From an uncultured bacterium (GTDB lineage Bacteria; UBA8481), in assembly GCA_964499705.1 (NCBI GenBank), contig CAZCME010000009.1, positions 64,001-128,000 on the forward strand: a stretch of 64,000 nt of DNA, in the 5' to 3' direction. This document shows, piece after piece, positions 39,629-50,825 of this stretch. Made by a program: the position numbers and the translations under genes. The stretch's first letter is position 1. Every line of letters starts with the position of its first letter. The notes beneath the pieces were generated by a model. That model searched no databases. It was not told the origin of the DNA and saw only the letters and a list, made by a program, of their open reading frames with translations.

Positions 39629-42600
39629 GTGATCCCCCTGGTTTTCATGCGCTTCCTGTCCGCGAAGGTGCGACATTCACGTCATAAGCGGAATGCGCGG
39701 CGCCGTCGCGGCGATGAAGCGCGCCCCGCATGTTTGTTCCGGTTTCTCATCATCGGACTTTTCTTCTGCCTGTCGTCAGCCCTATCCCATGCCGATGCGG
39801 CTGTCTGGTATTTGAACGACACGTCGACGGCGGGCGATTCCTTCACGTCCGCCGTGGGCGACTCGACCAATTCCGGACTGGCGCCTGACTCTCCAAAAAG
39901 GAGTCTCGATAATATCGAGTCGCTGATCGGCGCCGGCGACACGGTGTTTCTGGACTCGGGGATATTCCAGACCCTGGATACGTTCACCTTCGCCGCCGGG
40001 GGTGTTTTCCTGATCGGCGTGGATTCCGTTTCATCGATCGTGGAGTTCCCGGATACGACGCTGGCCGGAGCCCGCGCGATCTATGCCTCGGGATTGTCCG
40101 GGCTGGTGATCCGGGATATCCGGGTCCGGCGGGGTCACACGGGGATCTGGTTCAGGAACGTCGACAGCTCCGTGATCGAAAGAGTCCACGCGGATACGAA
40201 CGAACAAAATGGTTTCTTTCTCACGAACGGCTCCGACAGCAACAGGATCAGCAACGCTCTGATCACGCGCAGCGGAGGAGCGGGTCTTTACTTCAACAAC
40301 GCGAGCAACAACCTGGTCGCGGGCAACCGATTAAGCGCCAATTCCGGACCCGGGATGCATATCATCTCGTCCTCGAACGATACGTTCACGGACAATGCCG
40401 TGGAATTCACTTCCGGATATGGTATCTACCTGCTTTCCTCGTCGAATAATGCGCTGACATCCAATCTGTGCTCCAATAACGTATCGTTCGGCTATTACCT
40501 TCTCTCCGCGGACAATAATCGCGTCACGACCTGCACCGCCGCGAACAACGGCTCCAACGGTTTCTATCTTCTCTCTTCGAGCAGCGACACGCTCGTTTCG
40601 AACTCGTCGACGGGAAACGCGGGTATCGGTTACCTCCTGAGCGGAGCCCACTACCATCTGCTGGATTCGAACCTGGCCGCTTCGAACACTCAGCAGGGCT
40701 TTTTCCTCACCCTGTCCGACAATAATCTCTTCTTCCGCAATACCGCCTCCAATAATGTTTCCCAGGCTTTTAACCTCGCCTCCTCGAAGAGCAACAGGTT
40801 CCAATCCAATACGGCTGACTCGAACGGATCCTGGGGATTTCTGCTTTCGGGCACATCCGATGCGGACACGTTTTTCAAGAATAACTGGATCCCCTCGACA
40901 ACGGCCGCGTACCGGGAGTCGGGCGTATTGAACAACACGGCACGCCGGTACGATTTCACGAGAAATTGGTGGAGAACGGGAGATTCAGGCATGATCCGGA
41001 GCGCCATCCGCGGAACGGGGCGCGATTCGATCACCTATTATCCCTTCCGACTTGGCCTGCTCGACACGGCCATCGCCGCGGACACGGTGGCCCCGCGCGC
41101 GCCTGATACCGCGGCTGTCCTGGTGATCGACACCACGACGCTTTTCATCTCCTGGTCGCGCGTGACGCTGAATGAAGAACCGTCGCCTTTCACCGTTAAC
41201 CTGGCCGGCTACAAGCTTTACCGCTCCTTTTCGAGCGACACGACGAACTGGGGCCTTCGGGCGACCTTCGGAATCGCCACCGACACCTTTCTCGATACGG
41301 GCCTGACACCTTTTTCCACGTACTATTACCGCGTGACGTCCTTCGATTCGGCCGCGCCTGAAAACCAGTCCTTCTTCTCCGATTCGATTCCAAGCGGCAC
41401 TCCGGTCGCGGACACGCTCGGTCCCAACGCCTGGTACGTGAACGACGTTTCGACGATCGGTGATTTCTACACGTCGGCCGCGGGCTCGGCCGCCAATAAC
41501 GGCCTCTCCATAACCTCCCCGAAACAACTTCTCAACCAGGTGGAAGCGCTCCTGACGGCAGGAGACACGATCTTCGTCGACGCGGGAACATTTTCCGAAC
41601 CGGACACCTTGACGATCGGCGTCCCGGGGGTCTTCATCATCGGTGTCGATTCCGGTTCCTCGATCGTCGACTTCAACGAAACGAGCGATTCCGGAGCGCG
41701 CGCCATTCATGCGTCGGGAGTAACCGGCCTGACGATCAGGAAACTCCGCGTTCGCCGCGGACTGCATGGATTATGGTTCCAGGATGTCGATTCCTCCTCG
41801 GTCTCGCAGGTGCGCGCGGACGGCTGCGGCAGCCACGGATTCCTGGTCGAGAATGGCTCCGCCGCTAACGAGATTTCCGCGAGCTCGGCCTTCACCAATA
41901 CCGGGTCCGGTTTCTCCATCCGCAACGCGACGGGAAATACGATCGGCGCTTCCACGGCCTCCGGAAACACATCGGCCGGCTTCCTGCTCGCATCCTGCAC
42001 GGGAAATCTGATGATTCATAATACGACATCCAATAACCTCTCCCACGGCTTCCGGCTCGATTCCACGTTCGCGAATATCCTGGCCGCGAACCGTGTGGAT
42101 TCCAATGTCGCCTATGGTTTTTACATCGATGGCGCGGCCCGTTCCGACTCCTTCCGCAAGAACGTCTGGATCGATTCGGCCACCGCCGCGACGGCCGACT
42201 CGGGCGTCTTCAACAACACAACCGAGCGCTTTGACTTCACGCGAACCTGGTGGGGATCCGGCGATTCCGGGCTTGTGCGGAACAACCTGCAGGGCCCGGG
42301 CCGGGATTCCATCGTGTACATGCCCATGCGGCTCGGGACGATCGACCTCACCCCGTCCGCCGATACGGTCTCGCCCAGGGCGCCGGACACCGTCGCGGTC
42401 GCGGTTGTGGACACGGGAACGCTGCGTGTCTCATGGTCGGTCGTCATTGCGGACGACGAGCCCGATCCCTTCGCCACGGGGCTTGCCGGCTACCGCGTCT
42501 ATCGATCGCTCACGTTCGACACGACGCTCTGGGTCCAGGTCGCGCAAGTCGCCTCCTCGGTCGATTCCTACGCCGACGCCGGTCTTACCATGGACTCCAC

Positions 42601-45600
42601 CTACTTCTATCGGGTGACCGCCTTCGACGGTTCCGCGATCGAGAACCAGTCCTTCTTCTCCGACTCCGTCATAGGAAACCGGCCGACCGTGGATACCTCG
42701 GGCGCCAACATATGGTATGTCAATGACGCCTCCCTTGCCGGCGACATTTACACGACGGCGGGCGGTTCGCCGCTCAATAACGGAGTTCTGCCGTCGACCC
42801 CCAAGAGCACGTTGAACGATCTGGAATCCCTGTTGAGCCCCGGCGATACGGTGCTGCTCGATTCCGGCGTCTACCTCGAACCGGACTCGTTTTCCATCCT
42901 GGTCGACAGCATCACGATCATCGGCGTCGATTCCACGCGGAGCATCATCGATTTCAATGACACAACCGCCGCGGGCGCGAGATCGATCTTCGCGACCGGT
43001 CGCGGGAATCTATCCTTGCGCGAGATCATGGTGCGCCGGGGTCTTCACGGCATCCGGTTCAATAACGTCGATTCATCGTCACTCCTTCGGGTCCGTTCGG
43101 AAGCGCACGGGCAGGAGGGCTACCGCTTGGAAAACGGATCGGACTTCAACTCGATCACTTCCTGCGCCGCGACGGGCGCGGGAGGTGCGGGTTTCCGGCT
43201 GGATTCGTCCCACGGCAATGCGATCGCGACAAGCTCTTCAGCACGTAACATGGGATATGGCTTTCACCTGAGCTCCGCCGATCGAAATGTCATCTCCTCC
43301 AGCGCGGCGGATTCGAATGCGTCGTGGGGTTTCTACCTCGATGGCACCTCTTCCTCCGATACGATCCGCAAGAACGTCTGGATCGGATCGACCGATCCTG
43401 CGATGGCGGAGTCGGCGGTCTTCAATAACACGTCGAATCGGCACGACTTCACGCGCAACTGGTGGGGCACGACGGATTCCGGAAGAATCAGGAGCCGGAT
43501 CGGGCCCGTTCCAGGGGGGGGCGATTCCGTTTCCTACATCCCCTTCCGGCTTGGAGTCGTGGATACGATTCCCGGCGCCGATACAACGGCGCCTCGGGCG
43601 CCGGATACGCTTGCCGTCGCCAATCTCACCGAAACCAGAATTCTCCTGTCCTGGTCGAACGTGGCGTCTCTGGAGGAAGCCAATGGCGGAGCGCTCGGGC
43701 TTGCCGGGTATCGTATATATCGGTCCGCGACGCCCGACACCACGCTCTGGGTCCTGCGCGGGGAGACGACCGCGATCGCCAACACGTTTCAGGACTCGGG
43801 GCTCGCGCCCGGTGTAGCGGTCTACTACCGGGTCACGGCTTTCGATAACACCGCTCCGGAGAACCAATCGTATTTTTCCGATTCGATCACGCAGGGTCTT
43901 ACCAGCCTGCTGGCCACCCCGGGCTCCGGCGCATTTCCCGTTTCTGTCCGGATCGGCGACAGCATTTCCTGCGTCATGACGGACACGGACGAGAATCAGA
44001 GCGGGATCCTGCAGGAGACCGTGACGGTGACGGTGATGAATAATCGGACGGGCGAAACGGAGCGGATCGTGCTCCGGGAGCAGGGCGCGAACGTGTATAC
44101 GTTCGGCGGAAACGACACGGTCGGCGTCACGAATGCTTCCGGCGAGCAGGCGTCGCTATCGGGGAGGCTCTTCCTGCTGGCCGGCGATTCGGTCTCAATC
44201 CGGTATGTGGACAAGAGCGATCCGTCCGACTCGGTTCTCTCCGCGAATTTCTCCGCGTACCACGAGAGCATCGCCTCGACCGGCATGATTCCGACGAGCG
44301 CGGTGATCGGAGACAGCTTCGCGGCGATCATTTCCGACTCGGATCAGGATTTCAGCGGCCTGATCGTCGAGACCGTGACGGTCATGATCAGGAACAATCG
44401 CACCGGCGAGACGGAGAGCGTTGTGTATCGCGAAAACGGAGCGGGAACGGGGCATTTCGGCGGGAATGACACGCTGGCGGTCACGCTGGACGCGGCCTAC
44501 GCTTCTTCGGGCGACGGCCGGATCTTCGCGATCGCCGGCGACTCGCTGCGGATTCAATACGTCGACCCCACGGATCCGAACGATACGTTCAGCACGTCGG
44601 CCGTGACCGCGGTCCACGACAGCGGCGCCTCGATCGGAGCGTTCCCGGCGACTGCGCGGATCGGCGACAGTATTTCCGCCCGGATCATCGACTCCGATCA
44701 GAACAGAAACGGTTTTCTGCAGGAAACCGTGTCGGCCAGGGTCACGAACAACCGAACCGGGGAGACGGAAACGCTTGTGCTTCGGGAAAACGGAGCGAAT
44801 GGGGGATATTTCGGCGGCAACGACACGGTGCCTGTCGAGAGCGATGCGACGTATTCGGCCGCCGGAGACGGGCGGATTTTCGTCGTGGCCGGCGACACGA
44901 TCTCGATCCTGTACATCGATGCCGGTGATGCGACGGACTCCGTCCTTTCAGCGCCGATCAGCATGTACATCGAAAGCGGCGCCGCGACAGGAAGTTTTCC
45001 GGGGACAGGGAAGGTCGGCGACAGCGTGACGGCCGTCATCCGCGACAGCGATCAGAATTTCAGCGGCGTGAGGATCGAGACCGTGGCCGTGACCGTGACG
45101 AACACCCGGACGGGCGAGACGGAAGAGCTGTCGCTTTCGGAGAACGGCGCGAACTCCGGATATTTCGGCGGCAACGACACGATGCCGCTGACGCTCGACA
45201 CCACCTACACGGGTTCGGGAAATGGCCGGCTTCTGGTCCTGGCCGGCGACAGCATCACCATTCGATATGCGGACCCTTCGGATTCGACCGACTCCGTTCT
45301 TTCGGGGAACATACCCGTGCTCCAGGAGAGCGGCGTGTCGATCGGTTTTTTTCCGGCGAGCGTCCGGATCGGAGACAGCCTTACCTGCCTGATCGGCGAT
45401 TCCGATCAGAACTTCAGCGGGCTCGCGATCGAGACGGTGAGCGTACGGGCGACGAACAACCGAACGGGCGAAACGGAGTTGATGACGCTGTCGGAAAACG
45501 GAGCCAACTCCGGCTATTTCGGAACCGGCGAATCGATAGCCCTCACGGGTGACGCCGGGTTCGCGGCTTCCGGCGACGGCCGGCTCTTTGCGCTCGCGGG

Positions 45601-48600
45601 CGAGACGATCACGATGCGCTACATCGACCCGACCGACGCGGCCGATATCGCGCAGAACGGAGCGATCACGGCGTTTCATGACAGCGGCGGCGCGACCGCG
45701 GTGTTTCCGGCCAGCGGCAGGATCGGGGACAGCCTTTCGGCGATCGTGCGGGACACAGATCAGAACCTCAGGGGATTCACAGTGGAGACCGTCTCGGTAA
45801 CCGTCACGAACCAGCGGACGGGCGAGACGGAAGCGCTGGGGCTGACGGAGAACGGCGCCAATGCGGGATATTTCGGCGGCAACGACACGATGTCTCTCAC
45901 GGGAGACGCGACGTTTGCGGCCCCGGGCGACGGCCGGCTCTTTGTTCTTGCGGGCGACTCGATGACGATCCGATATATCGACTCGAGCGATCCGGCGGAT
46001 TCCACGGCCTCGGCTTTCATCATGGCGTATCACGAGACGATGACGTCACTGGGAATATTTCCGGCAAGCGCGAAGATCGGAGACAGCCTGACGGCATACA
46101 TCCGCGATTCGGATCAGAATTTCCTGGGACTCTTTCGCGAGACGGTCACCGTGACCTTGACGAACAACCGGTCCGGCGAGACGGAAACCCTTGTCCTGCG
46201 GGAGACGACGGCCAACGGCGGATATTTCGGCGGGAATGACACGATTCTTCTCACGCTCGACGCCTCCTTCGGAACCTCCGGCGACGGCAGGTTGTCCGTG
46301 CTCGCGGGCGACACGATCTCGATCCTGTATCGGGATCCCACGGACTCGGCCGACACCGCGGCTTCAAGCCCGGCCCGCGCCTTTCACGACACCGTGTTTG
46401 CGGCGGGTGTTTTTCCCGCGAGCCTGAGGATCGGCGATAGCGTCTCGTGCGTCATTCTCGACACGGACCAGGAATTCGATGCCTTCGCAATGGAAACGGT
46501 CGCGGTGACGGCGACGAACGGGAGGACCGGCGAAACCGAGATCTTCATACTCCGGGAAATCGGATCGCGATCGGGATATTTCGGCGGCAACGACACGCTC
46601 GCCGTGACGCTGGATGCCACGTTCGCCGGATCGGGCAACGGCGCCTTGTGGGCGCTGGCCGGCGACACGGTGATCATCCAGTATCGCGATCCGACCGACA
46701 CACGGGATTCCGCGACATCCGGCTCGATCCAGGTTTTCCATGACAGCGTATTGTCATCCGCGTCCTTCCCTCCATTTGCCAGCATCGGCGACAGCCTCAC
46801 GTGCATCGTTCGAGATTCGGATCAGAATCTGCGCGGGCTTGCCGTCGATTCCGTCACGGTTATCGTGACGAATCAGCGCACGGGTGAAGTGGAGCTGCTG
46901 GTTCTGGCCGAAAACGGCGCGAACGCGGGCTACTTCGGCGGCGGCTCGTATCTGCCGCTCTCCATCTTCTTCGGCTTCGGCAGCTCCGGCGACACCATCC
47001 TGTTCGCGCTTCCGTCCGATACGATCACCATCCGGTACGTGGATCCGACCGATCCTTCGGACTCGATCGTTTCGGGATTGATCTCCGGAGCCATCGACAC
47101 CTCCGCTTCCGCGGGAGTATTCCCGCCCGCGGCCCGGATCGGAGACAGCCTCACCGCGTTCATCCGAGACTCGGACCAGAACTTCAGCGCGTATGCCTCC
47201 GAAACGATCACGGTGACCGCGAATAACGGTAGAACGGGGGAGTATGAGACGATCGTGTTGAGCGAGAACGGAGCCAACGGAGGTTATTTCGGCGGCCAGG
47301 ACACCCTGCCGGTCTCCGGCGACGCGACCTTTGGACCAAGCGCGGACGGGCGGATCTTCGTCCTGGCGGGCGATACGATCGTGATTCGATACATCGATCC
47401 CAATAACGGATCCGATTCCATCGCGTCAAATCCCATCCGGGCTCATCACGACAGCGTTCTCGCGACCGCCACGTTTCCGGCCTCGATCAGGATCGGCGAC
47501 AGTTTCTCATGTCGCATCCTCGATACGGACCAGAACGGGAGCGGCGTGACCGTGGAAACGCTCAGTCTGACGGCGACGAACAGGAGGACGCAGGAGACCG
47601 AGATCCTTGTGCTCCGGGAGAACGGCGCCAATGCGGGATACTTCGGAGGCAACGATTCCCTGGCGGCCATCGGAGATGCCGCTTTCGCCGCCAGTGGCGA
47701 CGGGAGACTGTTTGTCCTGGCGGGCGATACGATCAGCCTGCGATATGTGGATCCCACCGACGCGGCGGACGTCGTGTTCTCCGATATCTTCAAGGCCTAT
47801 CACGATTCCACCCCATGCGCCGGGGTATTCCCCACGACGACGTTCCGTGAGGACAGCATGACCGCTATCGTGCGCGACACCGACAAGAATATCCGCGGTG
47901 TCGTGCGCGATACCGTCACGGTCGCCGTGGTGAATGAAAGAACGGGGGAGACCGAACCCCTGGTGCTGCGTGAAAACCTCGCCAATTCCGGATATTTCGG
48001 CGGCACGGAGACGCTGAGCGTCACGACCGACGGCGCGCATGCGGCCTCGTCGAGCGGCCGGCTATTCGTGCTGGCGGGCGACACGATCACGATCCGGTAT
48101 ATCGATCCGACCGACGTGGTCGATTCCTGCGTGTCCGGATCCGTCCTCGTTACCGTGGCGGCGCAGACTTCGTCACTGATCGTCGAGGCGACCGTGCTGC
48201 GGAACGAGACGATCGCCGTGACCGTCCTGGATGCGGATGCCAACCGGAGCGGGATCATGGTGGAGACCGTGACTGTTCTCTTCAGGAACATGCAGACGGG
48301 CGAGACGGAACCGGTGACGCTCGTTGAAACCTCCGCGAACGCGGGAGGGTTCCAGGGATATCTTGCGACCACAACTGGAAAAATCGATTCACTTCCGGCG
48401 TCGGGCCGCATGTATGCGCGCGTCCTGGATACGATCACGCTGACGTTTACCGACGCGGATGACACGTCCGACATTTCAACGGGAATCGTCTCGGTTCGAA
48501 CGAACTACTCCGCATCGGCGCAATCGATGCAGGTGAAGGCGGACCGGATCGGGGCCGACACATACCGGCTGTTCTTCATTCCTCTCGGTCCCTCCGGCGA

Positions 48601-49624
48601 GACGATCCCCTCGCTTGACGGGCTGCAGATGGCGGTGGCGATCGCCGACTCCGTCTCGGGAACCGGCAGCCTCACCGATTCGGTGGTCGTCCTCGCGGGA
48701 GAGTCGGCGGTCAACTACTACACCAGGGTCGAAGCGGCGCAGCTGTTCTTCTCGGTGAGGCTGCTGTCGGACACGTTCTTCCCGCTCGTGCGGCTCGCGG
48801 CCGCAGGCGAGTCGGTTCCTAACGTGATTTCGGGGAGGAAGGATTCCACGGGTACGTGGGGCGTACTTTCGATTCCCGACGACCACTACGATACGTCCGG
48901 GTATCGCGTTCTCGTGGAACCGTACACGGATTTCGCCTCCGAGACGGCCGCGATCGCGGCCCTCATCACGACGGCGAATTCCCGGGTCTCGTCGATACCG
49001 GGACGGGCGCACATGGCCGTGGAAGTGCGGGCGGAACAACAGTTCACCATCCGCGATCTGGGATCTGGACTATTCGTGCACGATCTCGACACATCGGTGG
49101 TTCTTACCATTTTTTACCCGGACGCGGACAATAACGGGATAGTGGACGGAACGGGCGTCGACGAGAGAACGCTCCGGATGCACTACCTCGACGAGATTCT
49201 CGGAGTCTGGGTCGTGATTTCACGCTCCACGGTCGACGCGGCCCGGAATCTCGTCAGCGCCTCCGCCGGCCATCTCACTGTCTTCACGCTCATTAGCGTC
49301 TCCGCTGCCGCCGACGCTGAGCGGATCATGATTTATCCCAATCCCTTTCGCCCGAACGATGGAAGCGCGGACAACGGCCGCGAGTACGTCTCCGGCGATC
49401 TGACCACCGGCATCCTGATGGATAATGTTCCGGGAGGATCGAAGATCCGCATCTACACGAGCTCGGGCGAGAAGGTGATGGAGCGTGTCTCGTCCGCCAG
49501 CGGAACTTACCAATGGGATGTTCGCAACGACCGGGGGGATCCGGTGGCGTCCGGACAATACATCGTCATCGTGGAGGCGCCGAACAAGACGCGGCTCATC
49601 GAGAAGATCACGGTGATCCGATGA
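39629..49624 (+). CDS. giant (~3330 aa) secreted protein: 3x (beta-helix + Fn3) modules, 13x 118-aa repeats, C-terminal T9SS/FlgD-like domain
   Basis: Signal peptide ..SALSHADA/A; NosD/CASH-type GxYLxxSxNN rungs; C-terminus IYPNPFRP..IRIYTSSGEKV..WDVRNDRGDPVASGQYIV..KITVIR; start could be ATG 39647. Confidence 0.9.
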   Translation: MIPLVFMRFLSAKVRHSRHKRNARRRRGDEARPACLFRFLIIGLFFCLSSALSHADAAVWYLNDTSTAGDSFTSAVGDSTNSGLAPDSPKRSLDNIESLIGAGDTVFLDSGIFQTLDTFTFAAGGVFLIGVDSVSSIVEFPDTTLAGARAIYASGLSGLVIRDIRVRRGHTGIWFRNVDSSVIERVHADTNEQNGFFLTNGSDSNRISNALITRSGGAGLYFNNASNNLVAGNRLSANSGPGMHIISSSNDTFTDNAVEFTSGYGIYLLSSSNNALTSNLCSNNVSFGYYLLSADNNRVTTCTAANNGSNGFYLLSSSSDTLVSNSSTGNAGIGYLLSGAHYHLLDSNLAASNTQQGFFLTLSDNNLFFRNTASNNVSQAFNLASSKSNRFQSNTADSNGSWGFLLSGTSDADTFFKNNWIPSTTAAYRESGVLNNTARRYDFTRNWWRTGDSGMIRSAIRGTGRDSITYYPFRLGLLDTAIAADTVAPRAPDTAAVLVIDTTTLFISWSRVTLNEEPSPFTVNLAGYKLYRSFSSDTTNWGLRATFGIATDTFLDTGLTPFSTYYYRVTSFDSAAPENQSFFSDSIPSGTPVADTLGPNAWYVNDVSTIGDFYTSAAGSAANNGLSITSPKQLLNQVEALLTAGDTIFVDAGTFSEPDTLTIGVPGVFIIGVDSGSSIVDFNETSDSGARAIHASGVTGLTIRKLRVRRGLHGLWFQDVDSSSVSQVRADGCGSHGFLVENGSAANEISASSAFTNTGSGFSIRNATGNTIGASTASGNTSAGFLLASCTGNLMIHNTTSNNLSHGFRLDSTFANILAANRVDSNVAYGFYIDGAARSDSFRKNVWIDSATAATADSGVFNNTTERFDFTRTWWGSGDSGLVRNNLQGPGRDSIVYMPMRLGTIDLTPSADTVSPRAPDTVAVAVVDTGTLRVSWSVVIADDEPDPFATGLAGYRVYRSLTFDTTLWVQVAQVASSVDSYADAGLTMDSTYFYRVTAFDGSAIENQSFFSDSVIGNRPTVDTSGANIWYVNDASLAGDIYTTAGGSPLNNGVLPSTPKSTLNDLESLLSPGDTVLLDSGVYLEPDSFSILVDSITIIGVDSTRSIIDFNDTTAAGARSIFATGRGNLSLREIMVRRGLHGIRFNNVDSSSLLRVRSEAHGQEGYRLENGSDFNSITSCAATGAGGAGFRLDSSHGNAIATSSSARNMGYGFHLSSADRNVISSSAADSNASWGFYLDGTSSSDTIRKNVWIGSTDPAMAESAVFNNTSNRHDFTRNWWGTTDSGRIRSRIGPVPGGGDSVSYIPFRLGVVDTIPGADTTAPRAPDTLAVANLTETRILLSWSNVASLEEANGGALGLAGYRIYRSATPDTTLWVLRGETTAIANTFQDSGLAPGVAVYYRVTAFDNTAPENQSYFSDSITQGLTSLLATPGSGAFPVSVRIGDSISCVMTDTDENQSGILQETVTVTVMNNRTGETERIVLREQGANVYTFGGNDTVGVTNASGEQASLSGRLFLLAGDSVSIRYVDKSDPSDSVLSANFSAYHESIASTGMIPTSAVIGDSFAAIISDSDQDFSGLIVETVTVMIRNNRTGETESVVYRENGAGTGHFGGNDTLAVTLDAAYASSGDGRIFAIAGDSLRIQYVDPTDPNDTFSTSAVTAVHDSGASIGAFPATARIGDSISARIIDSDQNRNGFLQETVSARVTNNRTGETETLVLRENGANGGYFGGNDTVPVESDATYSAAGDGRIFVVAGDTISILYIDAGDATDSVLSAPISMYIESGAATGSFPGTGKVGDSVTAVIRDSDQNFSGVRIETVAVTVTNTRTGETEELSLSENGANSGYFGGNDTMPLTLDTTYTGSGNGRLLVLAGDSITIRYADPSDSTDSVLSGNIPVLQESGVSIGFFPASVRIGDSLTCLIGDSDQNFSGLAIETVSVRATNNRTGETELMTLSENGANSGYFGTGESIALTGDAGFAASGDGRLFALAGETITMRYIDPTDAADIAQNGAITAFHDSGGATAVFPASGRIGDSLSAIVRDTDQNLRGFTVETVSVTVTNQRTGETEALGLTENGANAGYFGGNDTMSLTGDATFAAPGDGRLFVLAGDSMTIRYIDSSDPADSTASAFIMAYHETMTSLGIFPASAKIGDSLTAYIRDSDQNFLGLFRETVTVTLTNNRSGETETLVLRETTANGGYFGGNDTILLTLDASFGTSGDGRLSVLAGDTISILYRDPTDSADTAASSPARAFHDTVFAAGVFPASLRIGDSVSCVILDTDQEFDAFAMETVAVTATNGRTGETEIFILREIGSRSGYFGGNDTLAVTLDATFAGSGNGALWALAGDTVIIQYRDPTDTRDSATSGSIQVFHDSVLSSASFPPFASIGDSLTCIVRDSDQNLRGLAVDSVTVIVTNQRTGEVELLVLAENGANAGYFGGGSYLPLSIFFGFGSSGDTILFALPSDTITIRYVDPTDPSDSIVSGLISGAIDTSASAGVFPPAARIGDSLTAFIRDSDQNFSAYASETITVTANNGRTGEYETIVLSENGANGGYFGGQDTLPVSGDATFGPSADGRIFVLAGDTIVIRYIDPNNGSDSIASNPIRAHHDSVLATATFPASIRIGDSFSCRILDTDQNGSGVTVETLSLTATNRRTQETEILVLRENGANAGYFGGNDSLAAIGDAAFAASGDGRLFVLAGDTISLRYVDPTDAADVVFSDIFKAYHDSTPCAGVFPTTTFREDSMTAIVRDTDKNIRGVVRDTVTVAVVNERTGETEPLVLRENLANSGYFGGTETLSVTTDGAHAASSSGRLFVLAGDTITIRYIDPTDVVDSCVSGSVLVTVAAQTSSLIVEATVLRNETIAVTVLDADANRSGIMVETVTVLFRNMQTGETEPVTLVETSANAGGFQGYLATTTGKIDSLPASGRMYARVLDTITLTFTDADDTSDISTGIVSVRTNYSASAQSMQVKADRIGADTYRLFFIPLGPSGETIPSLDGLQMAVAIADSVSGTGSLTDSVVVLAGESAVNYYTRVEAAQLFFSVRLLSDTFFPLVRLAAAGESVPNVISGRKDSTGTWGVLSIPDDHYDTSGYRVLVEPYTDFASETAAIAALITTANSRVSSIPGRAHMAVEVRAEQQFTIRDLGSGLFVHDLDTSVVLTIFYPDADNNGIVDGTGVDERTLRMHYLDEILGVWVVISRSTVDAARNLVSASAGHLTVFTLISVSAAADAERIMIYPNPFRPNDGSADNGREYVSGDLTTGILMDNVPGGSKIRIYTSSGEKVMERVSSASGTYQWDVRNDRGDPVASGQYIVIVEAPNKTRLIEKITVIR
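43930..48500 (+). repeat. 13 tandem 354-nt (118 aa) intragenic repeats; boundaries approximate
   Basis: IGDS..A.I.DSDQN..G...ETV..TN.RTGETE.L.L.ENGAN.GYFGGNDT recurring every 354 nt from about 43950 to 48200. Confidence 0.88.
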
Positions 49625-50565
49625 CGGAAAGTCCGCGGGGCGGCAATTTCGGATCAAGCGCATTGCTGAGGCAGATCGCGATCTGCGTCGGATTGCTCAT
49701 GAGCGTTCAAGCCGCGCGAGGTGACGGGTCCGGAGGGACGGCCGCCGCCGATTTCCTTCGCCTCGAAATTGGCGCGGCGTCGACCGCGCAAGGCGGCGCC
49801 TTCGCAGGGCGCTCCGGCGGCGTCGAGGTCTTCGCCTACAATCCCGCCGGCCTCGCGCGCGCGGAGCGGCATGAAATCACATTTCAGCACACCAGCGCTC
49901 TCCTGGATATCCGGCAGGAATACCTCGCCGGCGTGATGCGCATGAGCCGTTGGACCGCGGCCGGATCCCTGTCGTATCATGCCGGAGGAGAACAGATTCG
50001 AAGAACGATCTCCAATCCCTCCGGCGCCGGCCTTCCCGGCTTTCACAACGATGCCCTCGCCGTTTCGCTCGGACTCGCCACGGCCTTCGGTGACGCTTTT
50101 TCCGTGGGTGGAACGGTGAAGATCTTCAAGGAGCAACTGGATACCGCGAAACGGAACGGCTTCGCTCTCGACCTCGGATTGCATTATCTCTTCGCGAACG
50201 GAGCGTACGAAGCGGGAGCCGTCATTCGCAATATCGGGCCGCAGGTGAAGTTCGATCGCGCGGGCGAGGATCTGCCTCTGGAACTGGCCCTGGGTGCAAG
50301 CGCGCGGTTTCTCAACGACCGGCTCCGACTCTCCGGAGAACTCGACATGGCGCGTGCCCAGGATATCCGCGGCAAGGCCGGCATCGAATATCGCGTGATC
50401 GATTTTCTCGTTCTTCGAGCGGGATACAACTCCCGCATTGAGCTTGGCAGCGGCGTCTCCGCCGGACTCGGCATTCCCATCGGCAATCTCCTCTTCGACT
50501 ACGCCTGGGTGGATCATGGACTGGCCGGAGACGCGCATCGCGCGGCTCTCACGGTTGGATTTTGA
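49621..50565 (+). CDS. PorV/PorQ-family outer-membrane beta-barrel protein
   Basis: TAAADFLRLEIGAASTAQGGA, YNPAGLA, FALDLGLHY, GAVIRNIGP, LRAGY, FDYAWVDHGLAGDAHRAALTVGF; ATGA-coupled to the giant gene. Confidence 0.85.
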   Translation: MTESPRGGNFGSSALLRQIAICVGLLMSVQAARGDGSGGTAAADFLRLEIGAASTAQGGAFAGRSGGVEVFAYNPAGLARAERHEITFQHTSALLDIRQEYLAGVMRMSRWTAAGSLSYHAGGEQIRRTISNPSGAGLPGFHNDALAVSLGLATAFGDAFSVGGTVKIFKEQLDTAKRNGFALDLGLHYLFANGAYEAGAVIRNIGPQVKFDRAGEDLPLELALGASARFLNDRLRLSGELDMARAQDIRGKAGIEYRVIDFLVLRAGYNSRIELGSGVSAGLGIPIGNLLFDYAWVDHGLAGDAHRAALTVGF

Positions 50566-50721
50566 GCGGCTGGAAAAAGATGGCGATGAATAGAACGAAA
50601 ACTGGAGAGAAGGATACGAGGGTTCGAAGGCGTGAGGTGGCGGGTTTACAACGCGACCCATTCGACCGCTTTGGTATCCCCGGCCAATAGAGCACATATT
50701 CGATGCAAAAACGTTGCGACT

Positions 50722-50761
50722 GTGTTGCAACACTTGACAAACTTATGCAACCAACTACGCT
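50722..50761 (+). promoter_or_regulatory. putative sigma70 promoter with adjacent palindromic operator
   Basis: Perfect 12-bp palindrome gtgttgcaacac (50722-50733) abutting TTGACA (50734-50739), 16-nt spacer, TACGCT (50756-50761), in an AT-richer intergenic region upstream of the 50826 operon. Confidence 0.5.
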
Positions 50762-50825
50762 TCGCACCTGATTTACGCCCTGACAGATAAGGGCGGGCAG
50801 ATAAGAAAGATCATAGGAGAGACTT

